Below, piece after piece: positions 27,435 to 34,626 of a stretch of DNA of 59,595 nt. The stretch covers positions 1 through 59,595 of the forward strand of contig JBFFBT010000002.1 of assembly GCA_041560255.1 (NCBI GenBank). Direction: 5' to 3'. The notes under the pieces were generated by a model. It saw only the letters and a list, made by a program, of their open reading frames with translations, searched no databases and was not told where the DNA came from. The number at the start of each line of letters is the position of its first letter. Position 1 is the stretch's first letter. A program made the translations under genes and the position numbers. Source of the DNA: Myxococcota bacterium. Its GTDB lineage: Bacteria; Myxococcota; B64-G9.

Positions 27435-28485
27435 AGGCTGCCAGGTTGTTTTCTTTGAGACTTTTTTTGGTGGATTTGTGAAATTGAAACGGATTGAGTT
27501 GGCGGCCGTTGGATGCGCGCAGCTCATAGTGCAGGTGAGCCGCGGTGGATCTACCCGTGTTTCCGCTTTCTGCCACCTGCATACCGGATTCGATCACCTT
27601 GCCGGGCGTTATGCCCGGTAATATTTTATTCAAGTGAAGGTATATGGCGGTTACCCCGGAATCTAGAAACCCGAGCTCGAGGCAGTTTCCGTTTCTACGG
27701 GTATTCCAGTTGCGGCGCATTACCCGGGCTTTGAAGGGTGTCGAGACCGAAGTGCCCACATCGCATTTGAAATCCACACCATTGTGGCGCCTTCCGGCCA
27801 AATCCATGATTTCGGTGATTTGTTCGTATTCGTCGATGGGGCCGTTTTGCAGACGTTCTTCGATCTCCTTGCCCTCGGAATCATAGAAACGTGTATAGAT
27901 CGCCGCAGGAGGTTTGAAAGCATAAGCTGAAAACGTCTGATTCAATTTGGTGCTGGTGTAGCGAACCGCCAGGATCGAAAACTCGTTGTCGTTTTGGGTT
28001 GCGCGATAGATTACCTGTATGCGGTCATTCTTCAATACATCGCGGCACAGGTCGATCCACCAAACCAGAATGCGGCCGAGCTGTGCGTTGAGCACGTCGG
28101 CCTGCCGGTTTTCGAGGTGGCTTCTGAGTGTGTCGAAAAGAGATTTCTTGATGGATACATTCAGGGTGAGCAAGTCTTGAGAGGGTGGCTTCTCGTTCGA
28201 CTCCGGGGCCGGAGTCTCAATGGATGTGGTTTCAGAAGCAATTCGGGCAGCAGCCTCCTCGGATGAGGGCTCGACTGCCTGGCCGTTGATAGGCGACTCG
28301 GGTGGTTGCCCGCCGGATCGATCGGCGGCAAAGTATCCAACCAAGACACCCAAACATAAACCGATGACAAACGTGAATAACAAAGCGCGGTAGTTGGTCG
28401 ATGATCGATTCCCAAATGATTTTCCATATGGTTGCAAATGCACGGGTTGCCTCACATATTTATTGTTTTGGTTTGAGATAGGCAA
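27325..28485 (-). CDS. M23-family metallopeptidase (peptidoglycan DD-endopeptidase-like), membrane-anchored
   Basis: HNGVDFKCDVGTSV and SGNTGRSTAAHLHYEL (HxxxD and HxH Zn motifs). TM segment ALLFTFVIGLCLGVLVGYF. The start is uncertain: TTG 28485 or GTG 28455, the latter 4 nt after the upstream stop. Confidence 0.85.
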   Translation of the reverse strand: MPISNQNNKYVRQPVHLQPYGKSFGNRSSTNYRALLFTFVIGLCLGVLVGYFAADRSGGQPPESPINGQAVEPSSEEAAARIASETTSIETPAPESNEKPPSQDLLTLNVSIKKSLFDTLRSHLENRQADVLNAQLGRILVWWIDLCRDVLKNDRIQVIYRATQNDNEFSILAVRYTSTKLNQTFSAYAFKPPAAIYTRFYDSEGKEIEERLQNGPIDEYEQITEIMDLAGRRHNGVDFKCDVGTSVSTPFKARVMRRNWNTRRNGNCLELGFLDSGVTAIYLHLNKILPGITPGKVIESGMQVAESGNTGRSTAAHLHYELRASNGRQLNPFQFHKSTKKSLKENNLAAFTAHRKKLDLIFSNGDPIDAASLKSSESNVSMVKVK

Positions 28486-29650
28486 GCTTGTCGGCAGGTT
28501 GTCGTTTTGCCAGGTCGAGCACCTTATCCGCCATGGATGCGACCCTTGGTCTACTTAAATCACAGGCCGGGAGGCTTCCGAGAGCCCCGCTGATTTGAAT
28601 CCTTGTTGGGGTCACGTCTGCGCTCTGCAATTGGGTCAATTCTTGAATCAATTTTTGTCCTACTACCATGGTGTTTTCCACGCTGGCTCCGCCCGTCAAT
28701 AAAATGAGAAAATCGGCCCGGCCGAATCGTACAATCATGTCTTCTGAGCGTACGCCTTTTTTGAGAGATTCGGCCAGCGTTTTCATGAGTTTAGCGGAAT
28801 GATACCATCCCAGATCTTGGTGGAGCCGGTTTGCATTGTGAAGGTGAAATGCCAACAAAGAGAGTGGTTTGCCCGCTTTCTCCGCCCGGTCTATCTCCAA
28901 ATCCAAGCTGGCTTCGAAATGTTGCCGACTGTAGGCGCCGGTTACACCGTCGAGTTGGGTGCTCTCTTCGAGCTTTTTGTTGAGATAGGAGCTTTCGATG
29001 GCTGTGACGAACAGATTTGCCATTACATCCAGCCCGATCAAATCGATCTCGCCGATTTCGCGCTGGTTAAAAAAGTTGTCCACCATCAAAACCCCCAGAA
29101 AATCATCTCTCGATTTCAGGGGCAAGGCGGCCAGGCGCTCAAACTTGAGAATTTCTTTTCCGAATGCCGGAGGCGGTTCAAATACCGCTTTGACATTGTT
29201 GGAGTAATATGGTTTGCGGTTGAAAGCGCACTTTCCGATCACGACCTGTAGAGGCACCTGAACATCTGTCTCGATAAAATCGGTTACCCCCAGCCCGATG
29301 GGCAACACAAAACCTCCCAAATACTCGTTCCAGGCATTTGAAACGGGTGGAAGCAAGTGGGTCTCGATAAGCTTGACTGTTTCGAGATCTTCAGGTCCGG
29401 TTGGTGTGGTCTGCTCCATGGTGTCGATACGATTGATGGGTCCTTTTGCCGCTTTGAGCCTCAAGGTATGGCTTTGTGGATCGATCAAAAACAAAAGCGC
29501 CCGATCGTAGCCGAGACCCGCCGGGTGGGTAATAATGCCCAAAAAGAGTTGGGGTATACGGTCACGTTCCTTTGTTTGGTTGAGCACTTGGGATGCCATA
29601 CGGCAGGACTCGAGCTGTAAAAACAAAGGATTGTCTTTCGTTTTCGGCAT
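28460..29650 (-). CDS. GAF-domain protein with a degenerate GGDEF domain (GRADF) and a retained RxxD I-site
   Basis: DGVTGAYSRQHFE marks the start of the GGDEF fold. The sequence VRSEDMIVRFGRADFLILL has RSED exactly 5 residues before the position of GG(D/E)EF, which reads GRADF. ATG 29650 (MPKTKDNP...) is preferred over the track start at 29800. Confidence 0.8.
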   Translation of the reverse strand: MPKTKDNPLFLQLESCRMASQVLNQTKERDRIPQLFLGIITHPAGLGYDRALLFLIDPQSHTLRLKAAKGPINRIDTMEQTTPTGPEDLETVKLIETHLLPPVSNAWNEYLGGFVLPIGLGVTDFIETDVQVPLQVVIGKCAFNRKPYYSNNVKAVFEPPPAFGKEILKFERLAALPLKSRDDFLGVLMVDNFFNQREIGEIDLIGLDVMANLFVTAIESSYLNKKLEESTQLDGVTGAYSRQHFEASLDLEIDRAEKAGKPLSLLAFHLHNANRLHQDLGWYHSAKLMKTLAESLKKGVRSEDMIVRFGRADFLILLTGGASVENTMVVGQKLIQELTQLQSADVTPTRIQISGALGSLPACDLSRPRVASMADKVLDLAKRQPADKLAYLKPKQ

Positions 29651-29981
29651 GGTATATCTCTCAAGCGTATTCACATTTGGAAGAATAACGATCTGTGTGG
29701 GATTTGTCCAGTCTGCGGCGGAAAACATCCTACCTGGATTGTTTGGTTTGCGAGGTGGGACGCCGGGTGGATTTTTTGATACCAGTATGATGGGAAGCAA
29801 CGCCGGCTGGTATACCGGAGCGGATTTACAGGCGGCCCAATCCGGATTGCTTGCAAGATGTACTTGGGGAAGTATTTGAAATATAAAGAATAATTATTAC
29901 TTTTCGGGTGGCGGGTGCGTTTTTTTGAAACCTTGATGCTGGTTGGCGGATACATCCTAATAGAACCGTATCGAGTGGGGC

Positions 29982-30557
29982 ATGGCTTCAGAGAGGATGA
30001 ATGATGGCGAGTTGGTTGAAAAATGCAAACGGGGTGACTCACGGGCATGGAAAATCATGGTCGCGCGGCTCACGCCCCAAGTATATAGGCTGTCTATGCG
30101 GATGTTGGGAAGCGGGAGGGATGTCGAAGATGCCTGCCAAGAGGTATTTTTGAGAATGATCCGATCTTTGCATGCATTCGATGTGGAAAGGCCGCTGAGA
30201 CCTTGGGTGTATCGTATCGCTTATCATGTATGTCTTCGAAAATTGGGGAAAATGTCCGAAAAAATGAGCCTGCCTACTGAGCCCGGGCAACTTGCATTGG
30301 TACAAGAGATGGATCGGCCCAACCCTGAGCAGTCCGCAGCGAGCAAGGAGACCGACAAGCTTCTTCTCGATGCATTGGATAGCTTGTCGGTCCAGGATAG
30401 AGCGCTCGTGGAATTGAGATATCGGGCAGGGCTGTCGGAGAACGAAGTTGCTGAAGTTGCCGATATGCCGGTCAATACGGTCAAAACCCGTCTGCATCGA
30501 GCGAGAGCGCGCCTGAAACAGAAGCTGAGTAAGATTTTTCAAAGTGAGACGGCATGA
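29982..30557 (+). CDS. ECF-type RNA polymerase sigma-70 family factor
   Basis: Region 2 (DVEDACQEVFLRMIRSLHAFDVERPLRPWVYRIAYHVCL) and region 4 (LSENEVAEVADMPVNTVKTRLHRARARLK). Confidence 0.9.
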   Translation: MASERMNDGELVEKCKRGDSRAWKIMVARLTPQVYRLSMRMLGSGRDVEDACQEVFLRMIRSLHAFDVERPLRPWVYRIAYHVCLRKLGKMSEKMSLPTEPGQLALVQEMDRPNPEQSAASKETDKLLLDALDSLSVQDRALVELRYRAGLSENEVAEVADMPVNTVKTRLHRARARLKQKLSKIFQSETA

Positions 30558-31039
30558 GCATAGAGCTTGAAGAAATGATCGAAGCCTATTTGGAAGGCGG
30601 ATTGGACGAAGAGCAGGCTTTGGCGTTTGAGCTTTCGTTGTCCGATCCTCAAACCTCCCGGGCTTTTTCCGAGGCGATAATGTTGAGGGATTTGTTGACC
30701 CATCTGCCTCCCGACCAGCCACCCTGGGAACTTATCTTAAAGATTGAGTCTTCTGTGCAGGATCAAATCAAGACCTCCAAAGCGATGAATACACGGGACG
30801 AGAAAACACCGGCCTTTCGCAACACGGCGATTCGAGCAGTATTGCGAGGCACCGGATGGTCTCTCAGAGGTCCTGCCATGGTACTTTGCGGTATGCCGAA
30901 AGTGGATCGCAGGATCAGAAAAGCCGTCTCGATAAGGACGATTTGGGGTTCTGCCGGCCGACTGGCCCGTACATTGGGTCAAATGGGCCAAAAGCGAAAA
31001 CGACCTTGGTGGAAAAGAGCCATCGAAAGGGTGAGTTGA
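30554..31039 (+). CDS. Putative anti-sigma factor (assigned by position)
   Basis: Overlaps the sigma gene by 4 nt. The N-terminus MIEAYLEGGLDEEQALAFELSL is typical of anti-sigma N-terminal helices. No HxxxCxxC zinc motif and no clear TM segment. Confidence 0.5.
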   Translation: MSIELEEMIEAYLEGGLDEEQALAFELSLSDPQTSRAFSEAIMLRDLLTHLPPDQPPWELILKIESSVQDQIKTSKAMNTRDEKTPAFRNTAIRAVLRGTGWSLRGPAMVLCGMPKVDRRIRKAVSIRTIWGSAGRLARTLGQMGQKRKRPWWKRAIERVS

Positions 31040-31040
31040 T

Positions 31041-31670
31041 GTGATGGCGGTTTTGGTGACATTGCTCGTGTGGTTGTTCTGGTTGTTGTTGGTTGTCTTG
31101 GCCATAGTGTTGCTTGTGCCCATACGCATGAAGGTACGGGGTGAGCTGAGTAATGACGGAGTTGATTTTGAGGCGAATGGTGTATGGGGATTTGGATTGC
31201 TTCGAGCCAGGTTTGCCAGCCAAGCCGAATCCGGGCTGTGGTTGCTGGGGTTTCGCCTGCGCATAGAATCATGGAAACCCATGGGTAGGACCAGAAAAGG
31301 TCTTCGAAGCTTGAAGCAGGAGCTCCGGGGCAACTTTCGCTTGGGCCGGCTGTGGAAGCAAAAACAAAGAGGCTTTTTTAATGTGCGGGCGTTTGTGTCG
31401 GTATTGAATCTTCGAGGTGCCTTGAAGGGATCAATCGGGTTTGCGGATCCGGCCGATACAGCCTTGCTCGAGATCATTTTGCGCGCCGCCAAAGGCTGGT
31501 TGCCCCGTATGCGGTTGTCGGTTCGTCCCGTATATATGCAGGAATGTATCGATTTGATGGGTTTTGTCGGGTCTACCGTATGGCCCGTTATGGTCGTATG
31601 GGTAATGATCCGAATGTTTTTGGCAAAACAAATTCGAAAATTACCGATTGAAAGATTTTCAAATCCTTGA
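31041..31670 (+). CDS. DUF2953 (YtfI-like) membrane protein
   Basis: N-terminal TM VLVTLLVWLFWLLLVVLAIVLLVPI is followed by IRMKVRGEL... and WGFGLLRARF. This matches my recollection of YtfI-type proteins that precede ytfJ. Assigned from memory of the family, not a search. Confidence 0.5.
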   Translation: MMAVLVTLLVWLFWLLLVVLAIVLLVPIRMKVRGELSNDGVDFEANGVWGFGLLRARFASQAESGLWLLGFRLRIESWKPMGRTRKGLRSLKQELRGNFRLGRLWKQKQRGFFNVRAFVSVLNLRGALKGSIGFADPADTALLEIILRAAKGWLPRMRLSVRPVYMQECIDLMGFVGSTVWPVMVVWVMIRMFLAKQIRKLPIERFSNP

Positions 31671-31682
31671 GGAGGTTCAAAG

Positions 31683-31979
31683 ATGAAACCAGTAACAAGC
31701 CTGCTTGCTTCGGTCAAAGAGCATTTGGTGACTCTCGCCAAAGGAAATGTGGTGGTGGCCAATAAGATCAGCGTGGGTGACAGGCACGTTATTCCACTGT
31801 GCTCTGTACGCTTTGGCTTTGGTGCGGGGGGCGGTAGTGGGGAGGGAGAAATTCACAAAATGGACGAAGGCTCGGGTCAGGGCATGGGCGCCGGAGCGGG
31901 TGTCGGGCTCAAGGTGAGTCCGCAAGCGGTTATCGTAGTGGAAGGTGATCAGGTAAGGCTCGAGAACTTGGTCGAGTAG
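31683..31979 (+). CDS. GerW/YtfJ-family protein (paralogue 1)
   Basis: VVANKISVGDRHVIPLCSVRFGFGAGGGSGEGE is the hallmark beta-hairpin plus Gly-rich loop of the Spore_YtfJ family. SD GAGGAGG lies upstream. Confidence 0.75.
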   Translation: MKPVTSLLASVKEHLVTLAKGNVVVANKISVGDRHVIPLCSVRFGFGAGGGSGEGEIHKMDEGSGQGMGAGAGVGLKVSPQAVIVVEGDQVRLENLVE

Positions 31980-31997
31980 AGGCATGGGAGGCCTGTT

Positions 31998-32390
31998 ATG
32001 GAACACGTCATCGAATTGTTGAACCTCATTACTGAGGATGTCGATAGGTTTGTGAGCAGTGATGTCGTCATGGGAGAGCCCATTCGAATGGGAGACATCA
32101 CTTTGGTAACCTTATCCAAGATCAGTGTCGGTCTGGGGGCGGGGGGAGGTGAGGGAGAGGGCCACCATTCGGATGGATCCGGCAAGCACAAATGTCATCC
32201 AATGGGAAAAGGCAGCGGAGTAGGTACGGGTGGAGGCGCGCGAATTCAACCCGTTGGTGTGGTGGTGTTTTCAAAGCAAGGGGTGGAAGTCAAGTTGGTC
32301 AAAGCCTCCAGGGGACCCTTACAGAAATTGTTCGATAAACTTCCTGAGATGGCCGAATGGTTTAAAAAGAATCAGAAAGAGAACGGATAG
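31998..32390 (+). CDS. GerW/YtfJ-family protein (paralogue 2)
   Basis: VVMGEPIRMGDITLVTLSKISVGLGAGGGEGEG, followed by ARIQPVGVVVF. SD GGGAGG lies upstream. Confidence 0.75.
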   Translation: MEHVIELLNLITEDVDRFVSSDVVMGEPIRMGDITLVTLSKISVGLGAGGGEGEGHHSDGSGKHKCHPMGKGSGVGTGGGARIQPVGVVVFSKQGVEVKLVKASRGPLQKLFDKLPEMAEWFKKNQKENG

Positions 32391-32424
32391 CAAGCTTTCG
32401 GTTGGTTTTTCGGTCGGAGATGAA

Positions 32425-33372
32425 CTAGATTTCCACCAGCGTGTATTGGTATGGGTTGAGGAATAAAAGCATATACGCACCGCTTACCACCGGATATCCC
32501 TTATTGACCCATGCGGTGATGCCGCCTTCCATGTGTACGGCGTCGGTAAATCCCAGGTTGAGCATTTTCTGCAAGGCCTGGCCGCTGCGGTTGCCGCTTC
32601 GACAATACACCAGGTATTTCTTATGTTTATCCAATTTTTGAAGCTGGGTTTCAAAATCCGACGCATAAAAATCGATGTTGATGGATTTGGCAATGCGTTG
32701 TTCCTTGAATTCGGTCGGGGTGCGTACATCTAAAATGACGAAATTGGGATTCGATTGGTTATCCTGAATCATCTGGTAGGCTTCATCGACCGATACCGCA
32801 TTGTCGGGCACTGGTGTGGGAGAAGGTTGCGGCGTGGGGGTCGGGGTGGGTTGGGGAGTCGGGGTGGGCGTCGGCTGAGGAGTCGGAGTTGGAGTGGGTT
32901 GCGGGTTGTCGCATACTTGTTTCTTATCGGAACAGCAATCGCCGTATTGTTCGCACAAGTTGTCACACCAGCATCCGCCCGGAGCCTTTTTGCCGCAATA
33001 CCCAACACAAGAATTGTTGGGTTGAGGAGTCGGTGAAGGCTGCGGTGTGGGGGTCGGGGTGGGCGTCGGCTGAGGAGTCGGAGTTGGAGTGGGTTGCGGG
33101 TTGTCGCAAACCTGTTTTTTGTCTTCACAGCAGTCATTGTACTGGGCGCACAAGCTGTCGCACCAACATCCGTCCGGGGACTTTTTACCGCAATAATCAC
33201 CTCCCGAGCTGTTTGCGCAAGATCCGGGAGCCAGTATCGGGACCTCATCCCGTTCTTCCACCTCCGGTTGGCTGGAACCATCATTCTGAGAGTTTACATC
33301 CTGAAGCGGCCCGCATCCGATGGTAAAGACGGCCGCGGCAAAAAGCCCGAACATTTTGGAAAAGAGCTTCAT
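32425..33372 (-). CDS. Lipoprotein: two somatomedin-B-like 8-Cys modules, Pro/Thr linkers and a C-terminal rhodanese domain
   Basis: Signal peptide with lipobox FTIGC (Cys20). Module 1 aa 52-89 (nt 33106-33219). Module 2 aa 122-154 (nt 32911-33009). (PTPTPQ)n linkers. Rhodanese aa ~195-295 (nt 32488-32790) with active-site loop CRSGNRS. Confidence 0.85.
   Translation of the reverse strand: MKLFSKMFGLFAAAVFTIGCGPLQDVNSQNDGSSQPEVEERDEVPILAPGSCANSSGGDYCGKKSPDGCWCDSLCAQYNDCCEDKKQVCDNPQPTPTPTPQPTPTPTPTPQPSPTPQPNNSCVGYCGKKAPGGCWCDNLCEQYGDCCSDKKQVCDNPQPTPTPTPQPTPTPTPQPTPTPTPQPSPTPVPDNAVSVDEAYQMIQDNQSNPNFVILDVRTPTEFKEQRIAKSINIDFYASDFETQLQKLDKHKKYLVYCRSGNRSGQALQKMLNLGFTDAVHMEGGITAWVNKGYPVVSGAYMLLFLNPYQYTLVEI
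32859..32913. repeat. 55-bp perfect direct repeat, copy 1 (inside the lipoprotein gene)
   Basis: tcggggtgggcgtcggctgaggagtcggagttggagtgggttgcgggttgtcgca is identical at 33054-33108, an offset of 195 bp (65 codons). Confidence 0.9.
33054..33108. repeat. 55-bp perfect direct repeat, copy 2
   Basis: Identical to 32859-32913. It encodes the CDNPQPTPTPTPQPTP segment following each Cys module. Confidence 0.9.
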
Positions 33373-33495
33373 TTTGGTGTCCCTCCTTCAGTGATTGATA
33401 TTTTCTCGCTGCATGGATCTTGCCGCAATCCGTTGTGTTTTGCAACCGTAAATTATTAGGGGAAAGTGAGCATGATTCGTATAAGAGACATGTGT

Positions 33496-34341
33496 CTATC
33501 GGGAACGGCTCGTATGTTCTGGTAATGTATATTTTTTTAGGATGCTGTCCACCACCAGGCATTGTGCCATCCCGGCTGAAAAGTCCAAACCGGAAGAGAT
33601 GTTTTGCGTGGCGCCGAAAAGAATGTCGAGGGTTTGGGGTGCGAAATTCATCGTGGGCGCAATCGTGATCGAGAAATCGTAAAAAAGCCATCCACCTAAG
33701 GATGCCGTAAAGAAGATCCAGGGCCAGCTGAGCAAACCTCCCCGCAGCGCCAAAGCGGTAAGCAGCAAAGGAGCGATCATGCCGAGGCTTACAATATCTC
33801 CAAAGGCGGAACCCACACCCAACAACGACATGGCCATGTCTTGACCCGCCAAGGCACTCCGAAATGCATGGTACGCTCCCGGCCCGGCGGCTGCAATGGC
33901 TATGGAAAATGCGGCGATCCGGATGACGAAGCGAATCTGCTTGGAGCCCGGCAACTCCAATCCCGCCACGAGCCAGGCGCGGGCAAACATGACTGTGCCG
34001 ATAACCGCCAGAATATTTGCAAGCACTGCTAAAGAACCCTGCGCAATTTCGACTTCATAACCGATGGAAGGTGCGAAATATGTCACAAGCGGCCCGAGTT
34101 CATACCATAGAAAAAGAAAAGGACAGGCTCCAAAAAACAACCAGGCTCTTCTCAAGTATTCTCCTTTTTCAAATTTCAAGGCGGCCGCTAAACAACCCGT
34201 CAACCATAGCATTTCCGAGATCGGACTCTGAAGGATTTGCAACAGCTTGGTGGCCCCCGGTTGGTGGTAAAAGATCAAGCTCAGGGTAAGGTACAACAAC
34301 ATCCATCCGACCGGTATGATGATTAGAGTCCGAAACTTCAT
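33496..34341 (-). CDS. Polytopic membrane protein (hypothetical)
   Basis: 281 aa with about 7-8 hydrophobic helices. No family motif recognised. Confidence 0.6.
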   Translation of the reverse strand: MKFRTLIIIPVGWMLLYLTLSLIFYHQPGATKLLQILQSPISEMLWLTGCLAAALKFEKGEYLRRAWLFFGACPFLFLWYELGPLVTYFAPSIGYEVEIAQGSLAVLANILAVIGTVMFARAWLVAGLELPGSKQIRFVIRIAAFSIAIAAAGPGAYHAFRSALAGQDMAMSLLGVGSAFGDIVSLGMIAPLLLTALALRGGLLSWPWIFFTASLGGWLFYDFSITIAPTMNFAPQTLDILFGATQNISSGLDFSAGMAQCLVVDSILKKYTLPEHTSRSR

Positions 34342-34574
34342 GGGTCCCTCTTTTCGCTTTCTGCGTGGATCTGGGTGTCAAGTTACGTGTGGATCGGAAT
34401 ATGCCGGATGCAACCGTACGACCCACCGTACAACCCGATGATAGCATGTATGTATTTGATTGGGCTATGATGAAGGCATGTTGTGTGGAAAAAAACAGCC
34501 TGCCGGTGCCGGGCAGGAGGTTTGTCGCAATGAGCCTTGACAAGCAACTTGGTGGTTGATAGGCGGATATCCCT

Positions 34575-34600
34575 AACCCCGTTGTCGGGGTTTTTCTTTA
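34575..34600 (+). terminator. Rho-independent-terminator-like hairpin in the region upstream of the ADH gene
   Basis: AACCCCG (34575-34581), loop TTGT, CGGGGTT (34586-34592), followed by TTTCTTTAT. The U-tract occurs only in the plus orientation. Confidence 0.4.
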
Positions 34601-34626
34601 TCGTCTGAGTACGTTGAGGGTGAGTT

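Noticed and set aside
29921-29981. Possible ECF-type promoter (GAAAC ... / GAACCGTATCG) upstream of the sigma gene
   Set aside because: Only loose resemblance to GGAAC-N16-17-CGT-type motifs. The spacing to any plausible -10 element is ambiguous, so I cannot support it from sequence alone.
30737-31762. 341-aa minus-strand ORF (together with 30039-30722, 227 aa) opposite the ECF sigma operon
   Set aside because: The plus strand encodes a textbook ECF sigma factor with regions 2 and 4. It also encodes a tightly coupled series of genes with good SD sequences. The antisense products are Arg/Pro/Ser-rich with no motifs.
32800-33110. Short tandem PTPTPQ-encoding repeats considered as a possible CRISPR array or VNTR
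   Set aside because: The repeats are in frame within a continuous lipoprotein ORF and encode Pro/Thr linkers. There are no unique spacers of constant length, no leader and no cas genes. This is not a CRISPR array.
34537-34566. TTGACA hexamer considered as a sigma-70 -35 box
   Set aside because: No acceptable -10 (TATAAT-like) hexamer lies 16-18 nt downstream. The best candidates are GATAGG and TAGGCG.
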